The notes under the pieces are model-generated. The model was not told where the DNA came from, did no database searches, and was given only the letters and a program-made list of their open reading frames with translations. A stretch of DNA of 64,000 nucleotides from Kofleriaceae bacterium (GTDB taxonomy: Bacteria > Myxococcota_A > Polyangia > Haliangiales > Haliangiaceae): NCBI GenBank assembly GCA_035516595.1, contig DATJAE010000273.1, positions 5,015 through 69,014 on the forward strand. The letters run 5' to 3'. The first letter of the stretch is position 1, and each line of letters begins with the position of its first letter. The position numbers and the translations under genes were made by a program. This document shows, piece by piece, positions 1 to 13,350 of this stretch.

Positions 1-62
1 GCGGCGCGCCCAGCCAGCTCGCCGACTTTCCCGAGCGGTACCTGTCCATCTTCACGTCGTGA
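1..62 (+). CDS. 3' end of an upstream CDS that begins outside the window (product not identifiable)
   Basis: The frame ending in TGA at 60-62 translates GAPSQLADFPERYLSIFTS. Third codon positions are almost all G/C, as in the confirmed genes. Only 19 codons are visible. Confidence 0.3.
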   Translation, partial: GAPSQLADFPERYLSIFTS

Positions 63-82
63 CCTCGTGCTAGGGTGCCGGC

Positions 83-2962
<2,880 letters not shown>

Positions 2963-2965
2963 CGC

Positions 2966-4165
<1,200 letters not shown>

Positions 4166-5148
4166 ACCGGTAGTGCGCGACGAGCCACTCGCGTCCGTCG
4201 CGGTAGCCGAACAGCTCCGCGCACGCGAGGAAGAACACCCGCCAGCGCTGGAGCGCGGTCTTGCCGAGCAGCGCGGCGATCTCGGCGCGATGCGCGAGCA
4301 GGTTGGCATGCCAGGCCTCGGCGGTGCGCGCGTAGTGGGTGCCGGGCATCCGCCATTCGTCGGCGATCTCGAGGTCGTCCTGGAACGCGTGGAACAGGTC
4401 GGCGCTCGGCATCAGGCCGCCGGTGAAGAACTCGCGCGCCATCCAGTCGGTGCGCCCGCGATCCTCGAACGGGTAGGCGAAGCGGCGGTGCGCGAACACG
4501 TGGACCAGCAGCGCGCCGCCGGGCTCGAGCCAGCGCGCGATCCGGCCGAGCAGCGCGGCGTGGTTGCGGACGTGCTCGAACATCTCGATCGAGACCACGC
4601 GATCGAAGCTGGCCGCCGGCAGATCGAGCGTGCGCACGTCGGCGGTCCGGACCTCGAGGTTGGGCAACGGCCGCGCCGCGAGGAACGCGTGCTGGGCGCG
4701 CGAGTTCGAGATCGCGACGATCCGGCTGTCCGGAAAACGCGCGGCGGCCCACCGCGCGAACGCGCCCCAGCCGCAGCCGAGATCGAGCACGCGCTGGCCG
4801 TCGGCCAGGCCGGCGCGCGCGGCGGTGAGCTCGAGCATCGCGTCCTCGGCCGCGGCGAGCGTCTCCACCCCGGCGGGCCAGTAGCACGACGAGTACTTGA
4901 GGCGCGGGCCGAGCACGAGCTCGAACAGGCGCGCCGGGACCTCGTAGTGCTGCGCGTTGGCCGCCGCGGTCTCGATCGCGACGTCGCTCGCGCGCAGCGC
5001 CGCGATCAGCGCGGCGCGGTCGCGGCCGCGCTCCTCGCGCAGGCGCAGGGCGCACAGCGCGCGCAGCCCGGCACGCAGCACCGGCTCGGGCACCAGCCCG
5101 CGATCGACGAGCGCCTCGACCAGCACCGGGCGATGGTAGCGTAGCGCG

Positions 5149-5784
5149 ATGGCCGCGCGCGCGCTGCCGCACCTCCACCTCGCCACCGCGGGCCTGTTCG
5201 CCGGCGCGTTCGCGGTCGTGCTCGCGATCGTCTTGCCGGTCGACCACGCGGTCGGGCTCGATCACGCGGTCGCGACCTGGATGGCCGCGCATCGCACCGA
5301 GACCCTGACCTCGGTGCTCACCGCGATCTCGACCGCCGGCTCGGTGGTCGGCATCGTGCCGGCGTCGCTGGTGATCGCGGTCGTGCTGTATCGCCGGCGC
5401 GGCTGGCGGCCGGTGCGCTGGCTCGCGCTCGCCACGCTCGGCGCGACCGCGGTCTACCTCGCGATCAACCTGCCGCTCGGCCGCGCTCGCCCGCCGATGG
5501 GGCTGCGGGTCTACCCCGACGGCGAGGCGTCGTTTCCGTCGGGTCACTCGACCCAGGCCGTGGCGTTCTGGGTCGCCGCCGCGACCTTGCTCGCCGCCGA
5601 GGCCACGCTGCGCGTGCGCCGGCTGGCCTACGCCGGCGCGGCGCTCGCGATCGCGCTCACCGGGCTGTCGCGGATCTACCTGTGCGAGCACTGGACGACC
5701 GACGTGCTCGGCGGCTTCGCGCTCGGCGCGGCGTGGATCGCGATCGTGCTGGCATGGCGGAAGTGGCTCGGCGAATCGGTGTAA
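5149..5784 (+). CDS. PAP2-family membrane phosphatase
   Basis: 211-aa multi-TM ORF with PAP2 signature blocks SFPSGHS and [16 protein letters not shown]. Confidence 0.85.
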   Translation: MAARALPHLHLATAGLFAGAFAVVLAIVLPVDHAVGLDHAVATWMAAHRTETLTSVLTAISTAGSVVGIVPASLVIAVVLYRRRGWRPVRWLALATLGATAVYLAINLPLGRARPPMGLRVYPDGEASFPSGHSTQAVAFWVAAATLLAAEATLRVRRLAYAGAALAIALTGLSRIYLCEHWTTDVLGGFALGAAWIAIVLAWRKWLGESV

Positions 5785-5814
5785 CCTGAACGCTCTCGCA
5801 CGTATGGGAGGAGC

Positions 5815-6756
5815 ATGGCCGACGATCCGATCACACCCCCCGGCGTGTACTTCAATCGCCGCGCGCTGCTGCGCGGCGGGATGATCGCCGCCGGCGCGGT
5901 CGCGACCGGCTGGCTGTATCGCAGGCTCAACGGCGTCGATCTGGTCGACACCAAGACGCCCGAGCTCGCCGGGCTGATCCGCCCACAGGCGTTCGCCGCC
6001 GGCGAGGAGCCGACGCCGCTCGCGTCGATCGCCAACTACAACAACTTCTATGAGTTCACGACCAACAAGGACGGCGTCGCCGGCCTGGCCAAGGACTTCA
6101 AGTCCGACGGCTGGAAGATCGAGGTCGGCGGGATGTGCCACGCCCCGCGCACGTTCGATCTCGACGACGTGCGCCGGGTGAGCCCGCCCGAGGAGCGCGT
6201 GTATCGCCATCGCTGCGTCGAGACCTGGTCGATCGTCGTGCCGTGGGCGGGCTACTCGCTGTCCAAGCTGCTCGCCCAGGTGCAGCCGACCTCCGACGCG
6301 AAGTACGTCGCGTTCGAGACCCTGCTCGACAAGGCGCGCTTCCCCGGTCAGAACACCGACGTCCTGCAGTGGCCCTACGTCGAGGGGCTGCGCATCGACG
6401 AGGCGATGCATCCGCTCGCGCTGCTCGCGACCGGGATGTACGGCCACGAGCTGCCGCCGCAGGACGGCGCGCCGGTGCGCATGGTGATCCCGTGGAAGTA
6501 CGGCTTCAAGAGCATCAAGTCGATCGTGAAGATCACGCTCACCAACATGCAGCCGCCGACCACGTGGAACCTGTACGCACCGAAGGAGTACGGCTTCTTC
6601 GCGAACGTCAACCCGAACCACCCGCACCCGCGCTGGAGCCAGGCCAGCGAGCAGCGGCTCGGCGAGTCGGGCCGGCGCAAGACGCTCCTGTTCAACGGCT
6701 ACGCCGATCAGGTCGCGCAGCTCTACACGGGGATGGATCTCGATGTCTACTACTAG
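5815..6756 (+). CDS. msrP: protein-methionine-sulfoxide reductase catalytic subunit MsrP (YedY-type molybdoenzyme)
   Basis: 313-aa ORF with a twin-arginine signal (FNRRALLRGG) and the NNFYEFTTNK block. The overall look matches the YedY/MsrP oxidoreductase molybdopterin-binding domain. Confidence 0.93.
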   Translation: MADDPITPPGVYFNRRALLRGGMIAAGAVATGWLYRRLNGVDLVDTKTPELAGLIRPQAFAAGEEPTPLASIANYNNFYEFTTNKDGVAGLAKDFKSDGWKIEVGGMCHAPRTFDLDDVRRVSPPEERVYRHRCVETWSIVVPWAGYSLSKLLAQVQPTSDAKYVAFETLLDKARFPGQNTDVLQWPYVEGLRIDEAMHPLALLATGMYGHELPPQDGAPVRMVIPWKYGFKSIKSIVKITLTNMQPPTTWNLYAPKEYGFFANVNPNHPHPRWSQASEQRLGESGRRKTLLFNGYADQVAQLYTGMDLDVYY

Positions 6757-8482
6757 CGCCGCACCGCAGCTCGCGGCCCGCGCGCGCCCCGCGCCGCTGG
6801 TCGACGGACCGTTCGCCAAGCGCTGGGTGATCGTGTGCGGCCTGGTGCCGGGCGTGTTGCTCGTGTGGGACGCGTACCGCCACCAGCTCGGCGTCAACGA
6901 CGTCAACTACGCGATCCACTCGACCGGAATCGTCGGGCTCACGTTCCTGATGCTGACCCTGCTGGTCACGCCGCTTCGCCAGCTCACCGGGTGGAACGTG
7001 CTGATCTCGGCGCGCCGCAACCTCGGCGTGTACTCGTGCATCTACATCTCGGCCCACTTCCTGATCTTCTTCTGGTACGACCGCGGCCACGATCTCGGCA
7101 GCACGTTCGACGAGATCACGTCGCGGGTGTACCTGCTGATCGGCACCGGCGCGCTCGTGATCCTGCTCGCGCTCGCGATCACATCGACCGACGGCATGGT
7201 GACCCGGCTCGGCGCGCGGCGGTGGAAGGCGCTGCACCGGCTGGTCTACCTCGCCGCGCTCGGCGGCGTCATCCACTTCTACCTGCTGGTCAAGGCCGAC
7301 ACCCGGCGCCCGCTCGGCTTCGCGATCGCGCTCGGCGCGCTGCTGCTGTATCGCGTCGTGCGCCACGAGGTCACGATCCGCAGCGATCTCGCCGCGGCGC
7401 GCGCCAGGGTGCCGGTCGCCAAGCCGGCGAAGAAGAAGTTCTGGTCGGGCGAGCTCGTGGTCGCGCGGATCTTCCGCGAGACCCACGACGTCAAGACGTT
7501 CCGGCTGGCGCTGCCCGGCGGCGGCGCGTTGCCGTTCGAACACGTCGCGGGCCAGTACATCAACCTCAAGCTCGTGATCGGCGGTCGCCGGGTCAACCGG
7601 TCGTACACGATCGCGTCGTCGCCGACCCGGCCCGACTACTGCGAGGTCTCGATCAAGCGCGTGCCCGACGGCTACGCCTCGCACCACATGCACGACGCGA
7701 TCGTGGAGGGCGACCTGCTGCGCGTCTCGGCGCCGGCCGGCAAGTTCGTGTTCGCCGGCCACGAGGCGAAACGCATCGTGATGCTCGCGGGGGGCGTCGG
7801 CATCACGCCGATGATGTCGGTCGTGCGCTCGCTTACCGATCGTTCGTGGAGCGGTGAGATGTACCTCCTGTTCTCGGTTCGCGATCGCAAGGACATCATC
7901 TTCGAGCGCGAGCTGGCGTACCTCGAGGCGCGGTTCCCCAACCTCCACGTCCTGATCTCGCTGTCGGCCAGGGACGCCGACCCGGCATGGACGGGCAAGC
8001 GCGGGCACCTGACACGCGAGGTCATCGAGGGCTTCGTGCCCGAGCTGCGCGCCGGCCCGATCATGATGTGCGGGCCTGCGCCGATGATGACCGCGATGCG
8101 CGCGCTGCTGGTCGGCATGGGCATCCCCGACGCCGACATCCACGAGGAGGCGTTCGTGTCGCCGCCGACACCCAAAGATGGCGAGCCGGTCGCGGAAGAG
8201 CCGCTGGCCGAAGGCGAAGCGGCAGCCTGCCGGTTCGACCGCAGCGGCAAGACCATCGAGCTGACCCCCGAGCTGTCGCTGCTCGAGGCGGCCGAGGAAT
8301 GTGGCGTCACGATCCCGTTCGAGTGCCGTTCCGGGATCTGCGGACAATGCAAGACCCGGCTGATCTCGGGGCGGGTGGCGATGGAGGTGCAGGACGCGCT
8401 CACCGCCGGCGATCGCTCCAAGGGCCTCGTGCTCGCATGCCAGGCCCACGCCGTCGGCAAGGACATCGTGGTCGACGCCTGA
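6743..8482 (+). CDS. msrQ: MsrQ-like ferric-reductase (heme b) membrane domain fused to FNR-type FAD/NAD(P)-binding reductase and a C-terminal 2Fe-2S ferredoxin
   Basis: 579-aa ORF overlapping the msrP stop by 14 nt. The N-terminal ~200 aa is a six-TM YedZ/MsrQ-like domain with conserved His residues (AIHSTG, SAHFLIF, ALHRLVY, VIHFYLL). An RSYTIAS (RxYS) FAD motif and a GGVGITPM NAD motif follow. The C-terminus carries a CRSGICGQCKTRL...LACQAH plant-type ferredoxin motif. Confidence 0.9.
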   Translation: MSTTSAAPQLAARARPAPLVDGPFAKRWVIVCGLVPGVLLVWDAYRHQLGVNDVNYAIHSTGIVGLTFLMLTLLVTPLRQLTGWNVLISARRNLGVYSCIYISAHFLIFFWYDRGHDLGSTFDEITSRVYLLIGTGALVILLALAITSTDGMVTRLGARRWKALHRLVYLAALGGVIHFYLLVKADTRRPLGFAIALGALLLYRVVRHEVTIRSDLAAARARVPVAKPAKKKFWSGELVVARIFRETHDVKTFRLALPGGGALPFEHVAGQYINLKLVIGGRRVNRSYTIASSPTRPDYCEVSIKRVPDGYASHHMHDAIVEGDLLRVSAPAGKFVFAGHEAKRIVMLAGGVGITPMMSVVRSLTDRSWSGEMYLLFSVRDRKDIIFERELAYLEARFPNLHVLISLSARDADPAWTGKRGHLTREVIEGFVPELRAGPIMMCGPAPMMTAMRALLVGMGIPDADIHEEAFVSPPTPKDGEPVAEEPLAEGEAAACRFDRSGKTIELTPELSLLEAAEECGVTIPFECRSGICGQCKTRLISGRVAMEVQDALTAGDRSKGLVLACQAHAVGKDIVVDA

Positions 8483-8621
8483 GCCACGTGAGACTGAACT
8501 GCCCTCCGACCGCTGTCATCTCGCCGCAACCTGCCAGACCCCGACACCAGATGTGGGCACGTGCGAGCTTGCCCGATCTCCGGCGCACGCGTACTAATCC
8601 GCGGCGATCAAGGAGGAATGC

Positions 8622-10484
8622 ATGTTCGGTGTCAGGTCGATCATTTCCGCGCTCGCGGTCAGCGCTCTCGCAGCGGCGCCCGCCGCGGCCGCCCCCAATC
8701 TGCCGAAGGCCACGGACCTCGGCGCGTCGCCGGCGAGCGACACGGTCAGCGTCTCGATCATCCTCAAGGTCCAGCACCAGGATCTGCTCGAGAGCTTCGT
8801 CGCGGCGAGCCAGGATCCGTCGCAGCCGTTCTATCACCAGTTCCTTTCGGTCGATGCGTTCGACGCGTTCTTCGCGCCGTCGCAGCGCGACATCGACTCG
8901 ATCATCCACTACCTCATCGGCTACGGGATCTCGGTCGACGAGGTCTACCCCGACCGCCTGCTGATCCACGCGAGCGGCACGGTCGATCAGTTCAACCAGG
9001 CGTTCGCGGTCGAGCTGCACGACTACGTCGACGCGCACGGCCGCCACGGGCGCCGGCCGCATCACGCGCCGCGCATCCCGGCGCTGTTCCGCGACCTCCT
9101 GGTCACGGTCGGCGGCTTCACCACGCTGCAGGGCCAGTACCGCCCGCACAACGTCTCGGCCGCGACCAAGGTCCCGCTCGCGCTGCCGACCGTCGCGCTG
9201 CCCGGCAGCGGCACCGCGACCGGCCAGCCCGGCAACTACACGGTCGGCGACGTCGCGAACCTGTACGACATCAACCCGCTGTATGCCGAGGGGCTCGACG
9301 GCACGGGCCGCACGATCGGCATCGCGACGCTCGCGAACTTCATCCCGGACGACGCGTACACCTACTGGAGCCTGATCGGCCTCACCGTCGCGCCCGATCG
9401 CATCTCGCAGGTCCACGTCGACGGCGGCGGCGAGCTGTCGGGCCCGGCGGGCTCGGGCGAGACCTCGCTCGATGTCGAGCAGTCGGGCGGCCTGGCGCCG
9501 GGGGCGAACATCGTGGTCTACGACGCACCGAACACCGACCAGGGCTTCCTCGACGTGTTCTACCGCGCGATCTCCGACAACCGGGTCGACAGCCTGTCGG
9601 TCAGCTGGGGCAGCGCCGAGGAGTATTACTTCGAGGCCGTGACCGGCACCGACTCCACGCCCGAGCTCTACGCGTTCCACCAGGTGTTCCTCGAGGCCGC
9701 GGCGCAGGGCATCTCGATGTTCGCGTCGGCCGGTGACAGCGGCGCGTACGACCTCAACGACGCGTACAACGATCCCGTCAACAACGTGCTGTCGGTCGAC
9801 GTGCCCGCGTCGGATCCCGCGATCGTGGCCGCGGGCGGCACCACCACGCCGGTCGTGCTGAGCGCTGGCCCCGGCACGCCGCTGCTCACCGTGTCGCAGG
9901 AGCAGGTCTGGGGCTGGGACTACATCCAGAACTACCTCGTCCAGGTGTTCGGCCCGATCTATCAGAACGCGCTGTTCCCGGTCGGCGGCGGCGGCGGCGT
10001 CAGCGTGTTCTGGCACCGCCCCGACTACCAGGACGGCACGCAGGGCATCCGCCGCACCGAGCCCAACCAGAGCGTGATCTACGACGACGGCAGCGGGCCG
10101 GTCGATCTGCTGGACCTGCCGGCGCACTTCGCGGGCCGCAACCTGCCCGACGTCTCGCTCGACGCCGATCCGGAGACCGGCTTCCTGCTGTACTCGACCG
10201 AGGACGGCGGCCTGCTCAACGGCTACGGCGGCACGAGCTTCGTCGGCCCGCAGCTCAACGGCATCACCGCGCTGATCGGCCAGGCGGTGCACGGACGGAT
10301 CGGGCTGTGGAACCCGATGCTGTATCGCTTCCACCGCGACGGCCACCGCAAGCACTCGCCGCTCGTCGACATCACGGCGGGCGATAACTGGTTCTATGAC
10401 GGCGTCGCCGGTTACGACCCGGGCGCCGGGCTCGGCGTGCTCGACGTCGCGAACCTGCTCGAGGCGATCCGGCACGACCGCTGA
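8622..10484 (+). CDS. secreted S53 (sedolisin/kumamolisin-type) serine peptidase with pro-kumamolisin activation domain
   Basis: 620-aa ORF with a signal peptide. An N-terminal propeptide-like domain is followed by SGETSLDVEQ and GGTSFVGPQLNG catalytic-type blocks. Confidence 0.9.
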   Translation: MFGVRSIISALAVSALAAAPAAAAPNLPKATDLGASPASDTVSVSIILKVQHQDLLESFVAASQDPSQPFYHQFLSVDAFDAFFAPSQRDIDSIIHYLIGYGISVDEVYPDRLLIHASGTVDQFNQAFAVELHDYVDAHGRHGRRPHHAPRIPALFRDLLVTVGGFTTLQGQYRPHNVSAATKVPLALPTVALPGSGTATGQPGNYTVGDVANLYDINPLYAEGLDGTGRTIGIATLANFIPDDAYTYWSLIGLTVAPDRISQVHVDGGGELSGPAGSGETSLDVEQSGGLAPGANIVVYDAPNTDQGFLDVFYRAISDNRVDSLSVSWGSAEEYYFEAVTGTDSTPELYAFHQVFLEAAAQGISMFASAGDSGAYDLNDAYNDPVNNVLSVDVPASDPAIVAAGGTTTPVVLSAGPGTPLLTVSQEQVWGWDYIQNYLVQVFGPIYQNALFPVGGGGGVSVFWHRPDYQDGTQGIRRTEPNQSVIYDDGSGPVDLLDLPAHFAGRNLPDVSLDADPETGFLLYSTEDGGLLNGYGGTSFVGPQLNGITALIGQAVHGRIGLWNPMLYRFHRDGHRKHSPLVDITAGDNWFYDGVAGYDPGAGLGVLDVANLLEAIRHDR

Positions 10485-10502
10485 CCGCGCCTGAAGCGAC
10501 TT

Positions 10503-10536
10503 CGCCGCACCCTGGACGGGGTGCGGCGTTTTTTTT
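10503..10536 (+). terminator. rho-independent terminator after the S53 peptidase gene
   Basis: 10-bp GC stem CGCCGCACCC / GGGTGCGGCG with a 6-nt loop, followed directly by a run of 8 T, 19 nt after the stop codon. Confidence 0.8.
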
Positions 10537-10630
10537 CACCCGTTTTCGCGCGACGTCCCGAGTGGGGGTGATGAACGGTGTTGACGATGCTCGGAACGAT
10601 CGTGGTAACGATGCGCGCGTGACGCGCGCG

Positions 10631-11545
10631 ATGGTCCTGACGTTGGCGGTGCTGCTCGGCCTTCCGGCGAGCGCGCGTGCCGCGGCGGCGCTCGACTACG
10701 CGGCGAGCGAGCCGTGCCCGAGCAAGCTGCGCTTCGCCGACGAGGTCACCGCCAAGCTCGGGTTCTCGCCGTGGGGCGAGGCCGGGCCGACCGTACGCGT
10801 GCGGATCCAGGCGGCCGACGGCGGCGGCTTCATCGGCACGCTCGCCAGCCCCAACGATCACGAGCGCCACTTCGCGGCCGACAGCTGCCGCAAGGTGGCC
10901 GACCTGCTGGTCACCGCGGTCGCGATCGCGCTCGACCACACCGATCGCGCCGCGACCGTGGCGCCGGCGAACGGCACGGCGAGCGCGATGCCGCGGCTCG
11001 ACGATCCGGTGGGCGGCACGCCGCTGATGCAGGAGACGCTGAGCACGTGGTCGTTCGCGCCGCGCAACAACCTGTTCCAGCTCGGGCTCGGCTACGTGTC
11101 CAGCGCCGGACCGGAGCTCGCCGGCGCGGTGCCGCTCGGCACCGGTCATCTGGAGCTCGGCGTGGCGTACATGTCGAGCAACAGCGAGTTCGTGGACATC
11201 ACCACCGAGCACGCCCACGCCTACTACCTCTACCCGGTGTTCTACTTCAACAAGGACTCGGCGTTCGAGATGCCGATCTACGCGGGCGGCGGGCTCGGCG
11301 TGCAGCGCTACGCGACCAAGAATTCGACCGGCGCGATGACGACCAGCTCGGATACCGAGGTGCTGCCGACGCTCGAGGTCGGCAACTCGATCCAGTTCAA
11401 CGGCCTGCCGGTCGAGTTCGCGTTCCGCATGCAGCTCGATCTGGTGTCGCCGCCGGGCGGCCAGTCGTCGTTCGGGGTCGACGTCATGCTGCGCTACGTG
11501 TTCGGCCACAAGAAGCGCGACGTCGTGCGCTGGCGCGATCTCTGA
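10631..11545 (+). CDS. secreted hypothetical protein with beta-barrel-like C-terminal half
   Basis: The ORF 10562-11545 has an internal ATG at 10631 that gives the signal peptide MVLTLAVLLGLPASARA. The C-terminal half shows alternating hydrophobic beta-strand patterning ending in VMLRYVF, followed by a 13-aa tail. Confidence 0.6.
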   Translation: MVLTLAVLLGLPASARAAAALDYAASEPCPSKLRFADEVTAKLGFSPWGEAGPTVRVRIQAADGGGFIGTLASPNDHERHFAADSCRKVADLLVTAVAIALDHTDRAATVAPANGTASAMPRLDDPVGGTPLMQETLSTWSFAPRNNLFQLGLGYVSSAGPELAGAVPLGTGHLELGVAYMSSNSEFVDITTEHAHAYYLYPVFYFNKDSAFEMPIYAGGGLGVQRYATKNSTGAMTTSSDTEVLPTLEVGNSIQFNGLPVEFAFRMQLDLVSPPGGQSSFGVDVMLRYVFGHKKRDVVRWRDL

Positions 11546-11571
11546 AGCTCGAACGCGACACCATCGATTTC

Positions 11572-12021
11572 GTGGTGCGGTCGCTCGCGCGGCTCGGTGC
11601 GGCCGAGCGCGACCTCGAGGATCTCGCGCAGGACGTCATCGTGATCGCGTTGACCAAGCAACACGTGTTCGACGATCGCCGCGCGCTCTACCCGTGGCTG
11701 TGGGGGATCGCGCGCAACCGGCTGCGCGACTATCGCGCGCTGGCGCGGCATCGCGTCGAGCGCGCCGACGACGCCGACGCGCCGGCCGACACCGCGGCGC
11801 GCGATCACCTGCTCGCCGGCGCGCTGCACGACGCGCTCGCCGGGCTGCCCGAGGACCAGCAGCTGGTGATCGTGCTGCACGATCTCGAGGGCTGGACGAT
11901 GACCGAGTGCGCCGCCGCGGCGGGCGCGACGATCGACGTCGCGAAGTACCGGCTCGCGGTGGCGCGGCGCGCGCTCAAGGCGCGGCTCGCCGACCGCGCG
12001 ATCACGACGAGGAGCGCATGA
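11572..12021 (+). CDS. ECF-type RNA polymerase sigma-70 factor
   Basis: Region 2 (DLAQDVIVIALTK...YPWLWGIARNRLRDY) and region 4 (QQLVIVLHDLEGWTMTECAAAAGATIDVAKYRLAVARRAL) are both visible. There is no in-frame ATG, so the start is assumed at GTG 11572 or 11575 (or CTG 11542). Confidence 0.8.
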   Translation: MVRSLARLGAAERDLEDLAQDVIVIALTKQHVFDDRRALYPWLWGIARNRLRDYRALARHRVERADDADAPADTAARDHLLAGALHDALAGLPEDQQLVIVLHDLEGWTMTECAAAAGATIDVAKYRLAVARRALKARLADRAITTRSA

Positions 12022-12719
12022 CCGACGACGACGAGCCGATCGACGACGAGCTCGCGGCGGCCTACGCGGCCGATCGCCGGGTGATCGCGCAGCACATGGC
12101 CGAGCTCGCGGCGTCGCGCGAGCGCCTCGTGCTCGCGGTGTGCGAGCAGCTGGCGGCGCGCCCCGAGCCGCGGCGGGCGCGGCTGCCGCGCCGGGGGATC
12201 GTGCCCGGCCTGGCGGTCGCGGCCGGCGTCGCGATCGCCGGCACGGTGGGCTTCGCGATCGGCCGCGGCACCCGCCCGCAGCTGCCGCCCCCGCCGGTCG
12301 AGCGCGGCTCGGCACCGCTGGCGCCGCCGATCGACGCCGGCGTGGCCGATGCGCCGCCGCCGATCGACGCGCCGCCGCCGCCGCGCGATGCGGCGGTGCA
12401 CGCGTCGCATCCCGCGCGGCCCGCCACGCCGCCGCTCGCCGAGCCGCTGCTGATCGACCAGGCCCGGGCCGCGCTGCGCCGCGGCTTGCCGGCCGAGGCG
12501 CTCGCCGCGCTCGAGCGCCATCGCGCGCGCTATCCCGACGGCCAGCTGCGCGAGGACCGCGACGTCCTGCTGATCGAGGTCGCGCTCGCGCAGGACCGGC
12601 TGGCCGACGCCAACGAGCAGATCGCGCGCTACCACCAGCTCTACCCGCACGGCGGGCTCGCGCACCGGGTCGACGAGCTTGCGGCCGAGCTCGATCGTAG
12701 AATCCACCACGGCCCGTGA
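12018..12719 (+). CDS. putative anti-sigma factor (single TM, Pro-rich linker, TPR-like C-terminal domain)
   Basis: The ATG at 12018 overlaps the sigma-factor stop (ATGA), with a GAGGAG Shine-Dalgarno upstream. A central TM helix (GIVPGLAVAAGVAIAGTVGFAI) is present. The call rests on position directly after the ECF sigma. Confidence 0.6.
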   Translation: MTDDDEPIDDELAAAYAADRRVIAQHMAELAASRERLVLAVCEQLAARPEPRRARLPRRGIVPGLAVAAGVAIAGTVGFAIGRGTRPQLPPPPVERGSAPLAPPIDAGVADAPPPIDAPPPPRDAAVHASHPARPATPPLAEPLLIDQARAALRRGLPAEALAALERHRARYPDGQLREDRDVLLIEVALAQDRLADANEQIARYHQLYPHGGLAHRVDELAAELDRRIHHGP

Positions 12720-13267
12720 CCGCGCATCGCACGATCTCCGAGCTCGACGCCGCCCTCGCGGACGTCCGCGCCGCGCCGAAGGACACCGGCACGCTCGTGC
12801 TGATCGTGCGCCGGCCCGCGGTCGGCGAACGCGAGATGCTCGAGGCGGGCGAGCTCGATCCGGCGTGCGGCCTGATCGGCGACACCTGGCCGGCGCGGCG
12901 CAGCCGGCACACGCCCGATGGCTCGCCCGATCGCGACGTGCAGGTCACGCTGATGAACGCGCGCGCGATCGCGGCGATCGCCGGCGACGCCGACGCCTGG
13001 CCGCCGGCCGGCGACCAGCTCTACGTCGATCTCGATCTGTCGATCGCGAGCCTGCCGACCGGCGCGCGCCTCGCGATCGGCGGTGCGGTCGTCGAGATCA
13101 CGGCGCCGCCGCACACCGGCTGCGCGAAGTTCAGCGCGCGGTTCGGCTCCGACGCCCAGCGCTGGGTCAACACGCCGGTCGGCCGCGAGCTGCGGCTGCG
13201 CGGGGTCAACGCGCGCGTCGCGGTCGCCGGCGCGATCCGGCGCGGCGACGCGATCCGGAGAATCTAG
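12716..13267 (+). CDS. MOSC domain-containing protein
   Basis: 183-aa ORF whose GTG start overlaps the preceding stop (GTGA). It has MOSC-like blocks (VTLMNARAI, GDQLYVDLDLS, VEITAPPHTGCAKF). Confidence 0.85.
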   Translation: MTAHRTISELDAALADVRAAPKDTGTLVLIVRRPAVGEREMLEAGELDPACGLIGDTWPARRSRHTPDGSPDRDVQVTLMNARAIAAIAGDADAWPPAGDQLYVDLDLSIASLPTGARLAIGGAVVEITAPPHTGCAKFSARFGSDAQRWVNTPVGRELRLRGVNARVAVAGAIRRGDAIRRI

Positions 13268-13350
13268 CCGGCGTCGCGCGAGTGCGTGGTGCTCGTCGCT
13301 CGCCTGTGTCGGCGGCGCGCGGGGCGGCGATTCCGTGCCAGGATGCGGGC

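Noticed and set aside
63-82. Glycine riboswitch upstream of gcvP
   Set aside because: Only about 20 nt separate the stop of the preceding CDS (60-62) from the gcvP GTG at 83. That leaves no room for a glycine riboswitch aptamer. If one exists, it lies upstream of the window.
5149-5186. 38-nt overlap of the divergent starts of the CFA-synthase-like and PAP2 genes
   Set aside because: This is more likely a start-codon over-extension of the methyltransferase ORF than a real overlap. The conserved part of the family begins later, around ...[14 protein letters not shown].
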